This document shows, piece by piece, positions 1 through 15,974 of a stretch of 64,000 nt of DNA. Each line of letters starts with the position of its first letter. The stretch's first letter is position 1. The DNA is from the human T2T-CHM13v2.0 reference genome, Homo sapiens: the NCBI RefSeq assembly GCF_009914755.1, contig NC_060933.1, one strand, 5' to 3'. A program made the position numbers and the translations under genes. The notes under the pieces were generated by a model. It did no database searches and had not been told where the DNA came from. It saw only the letters and a list, made by a program, of their open reading frames with translations.

Positions 1-3000
1 AAAGCCATTCCAAGAAGGATGGATACAAATAAACCCAGACAGTGAAGACTACAATAAATACCTAACTCTTCAATGCCCAGACACCAAAGAACATTTACAA
101 GCATCAACACCATCCAGGAAAACATGACCTTATGAGATGAACTAAATAAGAGACTAGGGACCAATCTTGGAGAAACAGATATGTGAATTTTCAGACAAAA
201 AATTCAAGTAGTGTTATGGATGAATCTCAAAGATAAATTCAAGATAACACAGAGAAGGAATTCAGAATTCTATTAGATAAATGTAACAAAGAGATTGAAA
301 TAGTTAAGCAGAATTAAGCAGAAATTCTGGAGCTAAACAATGCAACTGGCATGCTGAATAATGCTTCAGAATCCTTTAAGAGTAGAATGGATCAAGCAGA
401 AGAGAGAATTAGTGAGCTTGAAGATAAGCTATTGGAAAATACAGTCAGAGGAGACAAAAGGTAAAATAATAAAAATCAATGATGCACTCCTACAGGATCT
501 AGAAAATAGCCTCAAAAGGGCAAATCTGAATTATTGGCCTTAAAGAGGAGGTAGAGAAACAGATAGGGGTAGAAAGTTTATTCAGAGGGATAATATAGCA
601 GAGAACTTCCCAAACCTAGAGAAAGATATCAATATCAAAGTTCAACCTCAAAAAAGACTACCTCAAGGCATTTAATAATCAAACTCTCAAAGGTCAAGGA
701 TAAAGAAAGGATACTTAAAGCAGCAAGAGAAAAGAAACAAATAACATAAAATGGAGCTCCAGTATGTCTGGCAGCAGACTTTTCAGTGGAACCTTTACAT
801 GCCGGGAGAGAAAGTTATGACATATTTAAAGTGCTGAAGGAAACAAGACTTTCACCCTAGAATAGTATATTTGGTAAAAAATATCCTTCATACATGAAAG
901 AGAAATAAAGACATTTCCAGACAAACAAATGCTGAGGGATTACATCAACACCAGACCTGTCCTACAAGAAATGCCTAAGGGAGTACTTTAATCAGACAAA
1001 AAGAAGAACATTAATGAGCAATAAGTAATCACCTGAAGGTACAAAACTCACTGGGAATAGTAAGTACAGAGAAAAACAGAATATTATAACACTGTAACTG
1101 TGTAGAAAGACTAAATGATGAACCAATAAAAATAATAACTAGAACAACTTTTCAAGACAAAGTACAAAGGGTATCAATTAAAAAACCAAAAAGATTAAAA
1201 GAAGAGGAATGAAATTAAGGCATAGAAGTTTTACTAGTTTTCTTTTTGCTTGTTTGTTTATGTAAATAGTGCTGTTATCAGGTTAAAATAATAGGTTATA
1301 AGATAGTATTCACAAGCCTTATAATCACCTCAAACCAAAAAACACAATGAAGACACAAAAAATAAAAGGCAAGAAACTAAATTACATCACCACAGAAAAT
1401 CACCTTTACTAAAGGAAAACAGGAAGGAAAGAAAGAAAGAAGAGAAGACCACAAAACAACCAGAAAAAAAATCATAAAATGGCAGGAGTAAGTCCTTACT
1501 TATTAATAGTAACATTGAATGTAAATGGACTAAAGGTTTGAATCAAAAGACATAGAATAGCTGAATGATTGAAAAAACAAGACCCATTGATCTGTTCCCT
1601 ATGAGAAACACACTTCACCTATAAAAACACACACTGACTGAAAATAAAGGGATGGAAAAAGATATTCCATTTCAATGAAAACCAAAAAAGAGCAGGAGTC
1701 ACTATACTTATATTAGACAAAATAGATTTCAAGACCAAAACTATAAAAAGAGGACTATAAAAAGGAGAAGTCACTATACAATGATAAAGGGGTCAATTCA
1801 GCAAGGGGATATAACAATTTAAAATACATATGCACCCAACACAAGCACCCAGATATAGGAAGCAAATATTATTAAATCTAAAGAGAGAAATAGGCCCCAA
1901 TACAATAATATCTGGAGACTTTGATTCCCTACTTTCAGCATTGGACAGATCTTCCAGGTGGAAAATCATCAAGAAATATCCAACTTATTCTGCACTATAG
2001 ATCAAATGGATCTAATCGATATTTACAGAATATTGTATCCGATGGCTGCAAAATACAAATTCTTTTCCACAGCACATGGATCATTCTCAAGGATAGACCA
2101 TATGTTAGGTAACAAAACAAATCTTAAAACATTCAACAAAATTGAAGTAATATCAAGCGTCTTCTCTGGCCACAGTGGAAAGTAACTAGAAATTAATAAC
2201 AAGAGGAATTTTGGAAACTATACAAATACATGGAAATTCAACAATATGCTCCTGGATGACCAGTGGGACAATGAAGGAATTAAGAAGCAAAGTGAAAAAA
2301 TTTTTAAACAAATGATAATGGAAACACAACATACCCAAACCTATGGGATACAGCAAAAGCAGTACTAAAAGGGAAGTTTATGGCTGTAAGTGCCTATATC
2401 AAAAAAGAGGAAACATTTTAAACAAACAGTCTAGCAGTGAAACTTAAAGAACTAGAAAAGCAAGAGCAACCCAAACCAAACTGAAATTTAGTAGAAGAAA
2501 ATAAATAAAAAAGATCAGAGCAGAAATCGATGAAATTGAAATGAAAGAAACAATACAAAAGATCAATTAAACAAAACGTCAGTTTTTTGAAATGCTAAAC
2601 AAAATTGACAAACCTTTTGCCAGACTAACATGGACAAAAGAGAGAAGACCCAAATATATAAAATCAGAAATCAAAAAGGAGACATTACAAACTGATACTG
2701 CAGAAATTCAAAGGATCATTAGTGGCTACTATGAGCAACCATATGCCAATAAATTGGAAAATCTAGAAGAAATGGACAAATTTTTAGACACATAAAACCT
2801 ACCAAGATTGAACCAGGAAGAAATCCAAAACCTAAACAGGCCAATAACTATTAATGAGATTGAAGCCATAATAAAGTCTCCAGTAAAGACACGCCTGGGA
2901 CCCAATAGCTTCACTGATGAATTGTACCAAACATTTAAAGAAGAACTACTACCAATCCTACTCAAACTCTTCTGAAAAATATAGGAGGAGGGGACACTTC

Positions 3001-3683
3001 CAAACTCATTCTACAAGGCATTATTACCCTGATACCAAAACAAGACAGACAGAAAAAAAAGAAAGGAAAAAGAAAACTATATGCCAGAATCTCTGATGAA
3101 TATTGATGCAAACATCTTCAACAAAATACTAACACATCAAATTCAGCAATACATAAGGAAGATCATTCATCATGACCAAGTGGGATTTATCCCTGGGATG
3201 CAAGAATGGTTCAACATATGCAAATCAATCAATGTAATACATCCTATCAACAGAATGAAGGATAAAAAACATATGATCATTTCTATTGATACTGGAAAAG
3301 CATTTGATAAATTTCAATATCTCTTCATGATAAAAACCCTAAAAAATTGGGCAATGAAGAAACATACCTCAACATAATAAAAGCCATACATGACAGACCC
3401 ACAGCTAGTACTGTACTGAATGAGGAAAAACTGAAGGCCTTGATGGATGCCCACCATCACCACTGTTGCTTAACACTGTATTGGAAGTCATAGGTAGAGC
3501 AGTCAGACAACAGAAATACGTAAAGGGCATCCAAATTAGAAAGGAAGGAGTCAAATTATCCTTGTTTGCTGATGATATGATCTTATATTTGGAAAAACCT
3601 AAAGACTCCACAATAAAACTATTAGAAATTATAAATTTAGTAAAGTTGCAGGATGCAAACTCAACATACAAAAATCAGTAGCA
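1..3683 (+). mobile_element. Old LINE-1 (L1MA1/2-like), 5' portion: decayed ORF1 and ORF2 EN/RT region; continues upstream of window
   Basis: Degenerate ORF1 (ENFPNL, IIIKLSKVK, ADFSVE) and ORF2 peptides ([33 protein letters not shown]) with many stops/frameshifts; breaks at ...AAAAATCAGTAGCA (3670-3683) and resumes at ~9821. Confidence 0.93.
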
Positions 3684-4719
3684 GTTTCCGTCCAAGATGG
3701 CTGAATACAAAGAGCTCTGGTCTGCAGCTCTCAGCGTGATCGGTGCAGAAGATGGGTGATTTTGGCATTTCCAACTGAGGTACCTAGTTCATCTCATTGG
3801 GACTGGTTGGACACTGGGAGCAGCCCACAAGGGTGGGCCAAAGCAGGGCAGGGCATCACCTCACCTGGGAAATGCAAGGGGCCGGGATATTTCCCTTTCC
3901 TAGCCAAGGAAGCCGTGACAGACTGTACCTGGAAAAATGGGACACTTCTGCCCAAATACTGTGCTTTTCCCATGGTCTTAGCAACCAGCAGACCAGGAGA
4001 TTTTCTCCCATGCCTGGCTCGTCGGGTCCCATGCCCACAGAGCCTTGCTCACTGCTAGCACAGTAGTCTGAGATCAACTTGCGAGGCTGCAGCCTGGCTG
4101 GGGGAGGGGCATCCGCCATTGTTGATGCTTAAATAGGTGAACAAAATGGCCAGGAAGCTCAAACTGGGCAGAGCCCACCACAGCTCAGCAAGGCTTACTG
4201 CTTCTATAGACTCCACCTGTGTGGGCAGGGCATAGCTGAACAAAAGGCAGCGCAGAAACTTCTGTAGACTTAAATATCCCTGTCTGACAGCTCTAAAGAG
4301 GGCAGTGGTTCTCCCAGCACAGTGTTTGAGTTCTGAGAACAGAGAGACAGCCTCCTCAAGTGGGTCCCTGACCCCCGTCTAGCCTAACTGGGAGACACTT
4401 CCCAGCAGAGGCCTACAGACACATCATACAGGTGGGTGCCCCTCTGGGACAAAGCTTCCAGAGGAAGGATCAGGCAGCAATATTTGCTGTTCTGCAATAT
4501 TTGCTGTTCTGCAGCCTCTGCTGGTGATACCCAGGCAAACAGGGTCTGGAATGGACCTCCAGCACACTCCAAAAGACCTGCAGCTGAGGGACCTGACTGT
4601 TAGAAGAAAAACTAACAAATAGAAAGGAACAGCATCAACGTCAACAAAAAGGACATCTACACAAAACCCCATCTGTAGGTCACCAACATCAAAGACAAAA
4701 GGTAGATGGTACCACAAAG
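3684..4719. promoter_or_regulatory. L1 5'UTR internal sense and antisense promoter; retains the ~130-bp segment (approx. 4437-4566) that younger L1PA3/L1HS deleted to escape ZNF93
   Basis: YY1-type CAAGATGG near the 5' end; UTR length ~1035 nt; segment CCTCTGGGACAAAGCTTCCAGAGG...GGACCTCCAGCA present; CpGs largely decayed. Confidence 0.7.
3856..4119 (-). CDS. L1 antisense ORF0 homologue, open, 87 aa
   Basis: MADAPPPARLQPRKLISDYCASSEQGSVGMGP resembles the L1 ORF0 N-terminus (MAGAPPPASLPPCSLISDCCAS); ATG in strong Kozak context (ACAATGG); expression unknown. Confidence 0.7.
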   Translation of the reverse strand: MADAPPPARLQPRKLISDYCASSEQGSVGMGPDEPGMGENLLVCWLLRPWEKHSIWAEVSHFSRYSLSRLPWLGKGNIPAPCISQVR

Positions 4720-5742
4720 ATGGAGAAACCAGAGCAGAAAAGCCGAAAATTCTAAAAAACAGAGCGCCTCTTCTCCTCCAAAGGATTGCAGCTCCTCTCC
4801 AGCAACAGAACAAAGCTGGACAGAGAATGACTTTGATGAGTTGACAGAAGTATGCTTCAGAAGGTCAGCAATAACAAACTTCTCCGAGCTAAAGGAGCAT
4901 GTTCTAACCCATCGCAAGGAGGCTTAAAACCTTGCAAAAAGGTTAGACAAACAGCTAAATAGAATAAACAGAGTAAAGAAGACCTTAAATGACCTGGTGG
5001 AGCTGAAAACCATGGCACGAGAACTTTGGGACACATGCAGAAGTTTCAATAGCCGATTTGATGAAGTGGAAGAAAGGGTATCAGTGATTGAAGTTCAAAT
5101 TAATGAAATAAAGTGAGAAGACAAGTTTAGAGAAAAAAGAGTAAAAAGAAACAAACAAAGCCTTCAAGAAATATGGGACTATATGAAAAGACCAAATCTA
5201 CATTTGATTGGTGTATCTGAAAGTGATAGGGAGAATGGAACCCAGTTGGAAAACACTCTTCAGGATATTATCCAGGAGAACTTCCCCAATGTAACAAGGC
5301 AGGCCAACATTCAAATTCAGGAAATACAGAGAACACCACAAAGATACGCCTCGAGAAGAGCAACCCCAAGAACATAACTGTCAGATTCACCAAGGTTGAA
5401 ATGAAGGAAAAAATGTTAAGTGCAGCCAGAGAGAAAGGTTGGGTTACCCACAAAGGGAAACCCATCAGACTAACAGCAGATCTCTCAGCAGAAACCCTGC
5501 AAGCCAGAGGAGAGTGAGGGCCAATATTCAACATTCTTAAAGAAAAGAATTTTCAACCCAGAATTTCATATCCAGCCAAACTAAGCTTCATAAGTGAAGG
5601 AGAAATAAAATCCTTTACAGACAAGCAAATGCTGAGACATTTTGTCACCACCAGGCCTGCCTTACAAGAGCTCCTGAAGGAAGCACTAAACATGGAAAGG
5701 AACAATCGGTACCAGCCACTGCAAAAACATGCCAAATTGTAA
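4720..5742 (+). pseudogene. L1 ORF1p, disrupted
   Basis: Fragments NQSRKAENSK, TEQSWTENDFDEL, KRPNLHLIGV, ENFPN; frameshifts and stops near 4925, 5114 and 5375; ends GCCAAATTGTAA. Confidence 0.9.
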
Positions 5743-5805
5743 AGACCTTTGATGCTAGGAAGAAACTGCATCAATTAACAGACAAAATAACCAGCTAACA
5801 TCATA

Positions 5806-6513
5806 ATGACAGGATCAAATTCATACATAATAATATTAACCTTAAATGTAAATGGGCTAAATGCCCCAGTTAAAAGACACAGACTGGAAAATTGGATAAA
5901 GAGTCAAGACCCATTGGTGTGCTGTATTCAGGAAACCCATCTCACGTGCAGAGACACACATAGGCTCAAAATAAAGGGATGGAGGAAGATCTATCAAGCA
6001 AATGGAAAGCAAAAAAAAGCAGGGCTCACAATCCTAGTCTCTGATAAAACAGACTTTCAACCAACAAAGATCAAAAGAGACAAAGAAGGCCATTACATAA
6101 TGATAAAGGGATCAATTCAACAAGAAGAGCTAACTATCCTAAATATATATGCACCCAATACAGGAGCACCCAGATTCAGAAAGCAAGTCCTTAGAGACCT
6201 ACAAAGAGACTTAGACTCCCACACAATAATAATGGGAGACTTTAACACCCCACTGTCAATGTTAGACAGATCAACAAGACAGAAGTTTAACAAGGATATC
6301 CAGTACTTGAACTCAGCTCTGCACCAAGCGGACCTAATAGACATCTACAGAACTCTCCACCCCAAATCAACAAAATATACATTCTTCTCAGCACCACATC
6401 ACACTTATTCTAAAATTGACCACATAATTGGAAGTAAAGCACTCCTCAGCAAATGTAAAAGAACAGAAATCACAACAAACTGTCTCTCAGACCACAGTGC
6501 AATCAAATTATAA
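5806..6513 (+). CDS. L1 ORF2 APE-type endonuclease domain as a stand-alone open 235-aa frame (premature TAA at 6511-6513)
   Basis: N14, E43, Y115, D145, N147, T192, D205 and S228-D229-H230 all present at canonical positions; translation unknown. Confidence 0.75.
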   Translation: MTGSNSYIIILTLNVNGLNAPVKRHRLENWIKSQDPLVCCIQETHLTCRDTHRLKIKGWRKIYQANGKQKKAGLTILVSDKTDFQPTKIKRDKEGHYIMIKGSIQQEELTILNIYAPNTGAPRFRKQVLRDLQRDLDSHTIIMGDFNTPLSMLDRSTRQKFNKDIQYLNSALHQADLIDIYRTLHPKSTKYTFFSAPHHTYSKIDHIIGSKALLSKCKRTEITTNCLSDHSAIKL

Positions 6514-9613
<3,100 letters not shown>

Positions 9614-9820
9614 ACAATGAGAACAAGGCAGGGAACATCACACACCAGGGTCAGTTGGGGGTTGGGGGGCTGGGGTAGGGATAGCATTAGGAGAATTAGA
9701 AGAAATACCTAATGTAAATGATGAGTTGATGGGTGCAGCAAACAAACATGGCACATGTATACCTATGTAACAAACCTGCATGTTGTGCATATGTACCCTA
9801 GAACTTAAAGTATAAAAAAA

Positions 9821-11834
9821 GTAGTATTTCTGTATGCCAATAATGAAAAATCTAAAAAAGAAATAAAAAAGTAATCCCATTTATAATAGCCACACATGAA
9901 ATTAAATACCTAGGAATTAACTCAACTAGAGAAGTGAAAGATTTCTATATGCATACTATAAAACACTAATGAAAGAAATTGAAGAGGACACCCCAAAATG
10001 AAAAGTATTTCATGTTTATGAATTGTAAGAATAAATATGTTAAAATATCCATACTACCCAAAGCAGATTGCATCAAATCTATATCTATATATTTCAATTC
10101 TGTCAAAACACCAATGAAATTCCTCACAGAAATAGAAAAAAAAATCCTAAAATTTATAGAGAATCACAGAATATCTAGAATAGCATAAGCTATCCTAAGC
10201 AAAAAGAACAAAACTGGAGTTATCACACTACTTGACTTCAAATTATGCACAGTACCCAAACAACATGGTACCGGCATAAAAACAGACACATAGACCAACC
10301 AGTGGAATAGAATCCACACACCTATAGTGCACTCATTTTTGACAAATGTGCCAAGAACATACACTGGGGACAAGACAATCTCTTCAATAACAGAAAACTG
10401 GATATCCATTTGCAGAAGAATGAAACTGGTGCTGGGAAAACTGGATATCCATTTGCAGAAGAATGAAACTAGATCCCTATCTCTCATCAGGTACAACAAA
10501 ATCAAATGAAAATAGTTTAAAGACTTAAATCTAAGATCTCTAACTATGAAACTACTACATGAAAACATAAGGGAAAATCTCAAGGACATTGGTCTGGGCA
10601 AATATTTCTCAAGGAATACCCCACAAGCACATGCAACCAAAGCAAAAATGGAAAATAGGATCACATCAAATTGAAAAGCTTCTGCACAGCAAAGGAAACA
10701 ATCAACAATTTGAAGAGACAACCCACAGAATGGGAGACAATATTTGCAAACTATCCTTCTGACAAGGGCTTAATAGCCCATATATAAGGAGCTTAAACAA
10801 CTTTATAGGAAAAAATCTAATAATCCAGTCAAAAATGGGAAAAAGATTTGAATGGATATTTCTCAAAAGAAGACATACAAATGGCAAACAGGCATGTTAA
10901 AGGTGCTCAATATCATTGATCATCAGAGAAATGCAGATCAAAATTACAGTGAGATATCATCTCACCCCAGTTAAAATGGCTTATATCCAAAACACAGGCA
11001 ATAATGAATGCTGGTGAGGATGTGGAGAAAAGGGAACCCTTTTTCCACAACTCATTGTTGGTGAAAATGTAAATTAGTACAACTATTATAGAGAACAGTT
11101 TGGAGGTTCCTCAAAAAACTAAAAATTGAGCTATTATAATTCAGCAATCCCACTGCTGGGTGTATACCAAAGAAAGTTAGTGTATCAATGAGATAGCTGC
11201 ACTCCTGTGTTTGTTGCAGCACTGTTTACAATAGCTAAGATATGGAAGCAGCCTAAGTGTCCATCAACAGATGAATGGATAAAGAAAATGTGGTACATAT
11301 ACACAATGGAGTACTATTCAGCCATAAAAAAGAATGAGATCCAGTCATTTGCAACAACATGGATGGAACTGGAGATCAATGTATTTAGTGAAATAAGGGA
11401 GACACAGGACAAACATCTTATGTTCTCACTTATTTATAGGATCAAAAAATCAAAACAATTGAACTCATGGACATAGAGAATAGAAGGACAGCTACCAGAG
11501 CCTGGGAAGGGTAGTAGTGGTGGTGGAGGAGGTGGGGATAGTTAATTGGTGCAAAAGGTAGTTAGAAAGAATGAGTAAGACCTACTATGTAATAGCATAA
11601 TAGAGTGACTATAGTTAATAATAGCTTAATTGTACATTTTAAAATAACTTAAAGGGTGTAATTGGGTTGTTTGTAACTCAGAGGATAAATGCTTGAGAAG
11701 ATGGATACCCAATTCTCCGTGATGTGCTTATTTTACTTTGCATGCCTGTATTAAAACATCTCATATACCCCATAAATATATATACCTACTATATACCCAT
11801 AAAAATTAAAAATAAGAAAAAGAAAAAAAGAAAA
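9821..11834 (+). mobile_element. Old L1MA1/2-like element, 3' portion with 3'UTR and A-rich tail
   Basis: Resumes TTTCTGTATGCCAA; ORF2 C-terminal peptide FVAALFTIAKIWKQPKCPSTDEWIKK; L1MA-type 3' end GCATGCCTGTATTAAAACATCTCATATACCCCATAAATATATATACC plus A-tail. Confidence 0.92.
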
Positions 11835-12862
<1,028 letters not shown>

Positions 12863-13410
12863 TTATTTAATTTTTATTAATTAAAAGTTAAATAGCTTCA
12901 TATGTCTAGTGGCTACCATACTGGATAGTACAGATCTAGACCGATCAAACTTCAGATGGTTGGGATCAATCTGTACCATCCCTCCTAAGCTTCGTCTTCA
13001 AATGATCACTAATAACTCTTCTGAATTCTGTTTTGGATTTCAGTAAGTTATTCCAAAACCAAATGAAGCTCTAGTTTAATTAGACCGAAGTGTCAGTTGC
13101 ACAGGTGTGTGTGTGTGTATGTGTGTATTCAAAGTTTTCAATTTGCTCACATTTGTATTTCCTGTAATTGGTTCTATAAGAAGATAAGCATGTACCTATT
13201 CATTGCCAAACAACTTAAGATAAACACATACAAAAACAAACCTGAGAAATACAGAGCAATACATAATTATGTATCTGTCTTTAAAAGCTAAGAGACAGAA
13301 GGATAAAGATTGAGAATACTTCTTTCACTAACTCTAGCCACTGTTAGAGTGGCTTCCTAAAGAAGACGACAAGACACTTACGTTGCACTCTGTGCAAAAT
13401 TAGCCATTTC
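12863..13410. repeat. Left arm of old inverted duplication (partner 15975-16530); includes 5' part of MER33 on minus strand and (TG)n
   Basis: Exact reverse-complement blocks: 12905-12928/16479-16502, 13153-13168/16223-16238, 13203-13219/16171-16187, 13251-13272/16118-16139, 13319-13342/16044-16067, 13350-13366/16026-16042. Confidence 0.95.
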
Positions 13411-14920
13411 TCCTCTGAAGAGGGCCCAGCTTTTATATTAAAAAATAGCTTGGTTATTTTAAATACAGAATATTATAAAAAATATTCAGCAATCATCAGG
13501 TGGATATTCAGCAAATTATTAACTTCCAAGTATAGCATTTCAAATGTTTTATTGGTTAAATGATTATAATAATATCATCTTTTTAATTTAACTTCAAGTT
13601 TATTATGAGGATAAACATATCTGTAAATATTTCTGATGTTAAATGTGTAATGTAAGCACAGTATACTGTTTTAGGGATTACAACCTAGGAAGAAAATAAT
13701 ACAACAAACTACAAAGCAAAAATGTTTGGCTACCGGCTAAATTTTCAGAATTCTAGAGGAAAAGAAATGGAACTCAAAATAAAAAAGTTACCCTGCACAA
13801 GAAAGTATACAACAGTTTGAATGATCTAACAGACAAACGCCGCTTCCCCTAAACAATAAAAAAGCAACCTAGGTGTTAACGAAGTTCTGGCAGCTTGTCT
13901 GTGCAGGCTACTCAACAAGGCAGACAACCTTCAGAAGGAAGATACTCGCTGTCAGGTTCATCCAGCTATAATTGGAGTATATATTGACTTTCGTCAGTTT
14001 AGCAAAGAGAATATCAACTTACAAAGTGCTAGCTACGATGGAGATGCGATAACTGGAGATCATTGTTAAGATGTCTGCCACTTTCAAAAAGATTTGTCTT
14101 TAGAAGCTAATAGGAATTTTAAATTGCTACAGCAATTGCATGTCAACATGAGCTATTTATTGGCTGTTAACCATAAATGTATAATATATTAATGTGTTTG
14201 AATATACTCTTTCTGTCATTAAATTCAATTAAAATTGAATAATTATAAACATATAAGTCCCTAGAGCCTAAAATCACCAATTTTCAAGGAAAAAAAAGAA
14301 GATAAGAAATTATTCATATTCAATCACATTTTGCCATCAAATTTATTTTTCAGATGAAATATTTGCAACAAATAAAGACTTAAAATTGGGTGCCGTAATA
14401 GAATGATTAATAGATCCTTACTTCCAGATAAAATGATTAATGCTTCCATTATGTATATTATGTAGCGTTCGAGTTAAATATGTCAATATGTTATTGTATT
14501 CAGTGAATAGTTCAATTGATCTTTCCTCTCTTAAATTAAAGCAAATCATTTTATAAAGGAATATGTATTTCAGAAGTACATAGTTCCATAAATAATATGT
14601 TTGAAAGCATGAAATAGATAATGCCTTGGTTTGATAGACCCCAAAACTGAAACTGAAATTACAGTCATTTGGGATAACTAACCTATTGTTTTACATAGTT
14701 TTGTTTCAAGCTTACCAGTGAACAGAAAGAAAAAAAAACTAATCAAATTATTTTCAATGGGGCTACAAAGCATTGCATTGTAACCTGAAATCCAAAGCTT
14801 ACATTGGCTTGAAAATTTGACCAGGCTTACTTAGCTGAAAGAGTCCTTTTAGACTATAAACTTTTGCTAATTTTGTACCAGAAAAACTGGGTTCAAAGAT
14901 TTTATTCTTCATTCTCCTTT

Positions 14921-14922
14921 AA

Positions 14923-14970
<48 letters not shown>

Positions 14971-14972
14971 TT
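14921..14972. repeat. (AT)21 microsatellite within a perfect 52-bp palindrome AAATC(AT)21GATTT
   Basis: Direct reading. Confidence 0.95.
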
Positions 14973-15974
14973 TAAAATATTTTTTAAAAGAGTAATTCAG
15001 AAAAAGGATAAGGAAACTCAATTGTCCTGATCACGTAAGCAAAACTACTTTGAGATTAGCGTTTAGAACCACCCTTTTTCCCTCAATCTGGTTCCTAGTT
15101 CAGGAAAGGTCATTTTATATACCAGAATAAATGAAAAAAATTATTTCTGCCCTACTGCATTGGACTAGTGTCCTCACTAGGAGTTCATGAAACAGTTTCA
15201 ATAAAAATGCAATTACAATAAGGTATTTTAAATCATATTAATATGATTACCTTAGACTCACATTGAAAATACAGAGAATGTTTAATTTTTAGAAAATGTT
15301 AAACACTTTAGTTTAGTAAATCCTATCATGTTTTCCAGTAATGCTAAAAGGTGCACAATACTTTTTCATTTTAGGTGCCCTGTGACTAGAGACTTGGCAC
15401 TTGATGGCTGCAGGGGAATCACTAATGAGCTACAAAGCCTTTACACCTCTAGGTCAGGAGTTTGGCTTAGACCTAGGTTGGGAGTGACAGAAAGTCGTTA
15501 CCATCTCATGATAGTTCAGTGGTTTATATGAAGGAAATTCAGTGTTTCAGGCCACTTTCTAATGAACAAGCATCCACCTTACAAAAAGTCACCACTGCTT
15601 TTGAAAGTAATTGGCAACAACCTAGAGAATGAAAAATTTAACCAAGATTTGTGTTCCTTCCATGCTATGACTACCGTATTCAAGTAAGGAGTTTTTAATG
15701 GAAAAAGACACAGTACATTGCAGATATGCCTATGAAAAGTAAGGCTAGGGAAGAAAAGGGGGGGGAGAATAATGAAGAGAAAAGAGAGAGTCATCCAGAA
15801 TAGAGTAAATCAAAATGCAGTTAAGACATGTCATCAAAAACCTTTACTTACAGTTTATATAGCAAAGGTATTTAATTCAGAAAAGACATGCACCTATTAT
15901 GTTTCTCTTTAGTAAAATTTTAATAATTTTACCTGAGGCCTTTAGATTAGGGCATCAAAAAGATGATAAATGCC

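Noticed and set aside
4477-4512. Tandem GCAATATTTGCTGTTCT x2 in the L1 5'UTR
   Set aside because: As I recall, this is a feature of older L1PA 5'UTR consensus sequences rather than a locus-specific event
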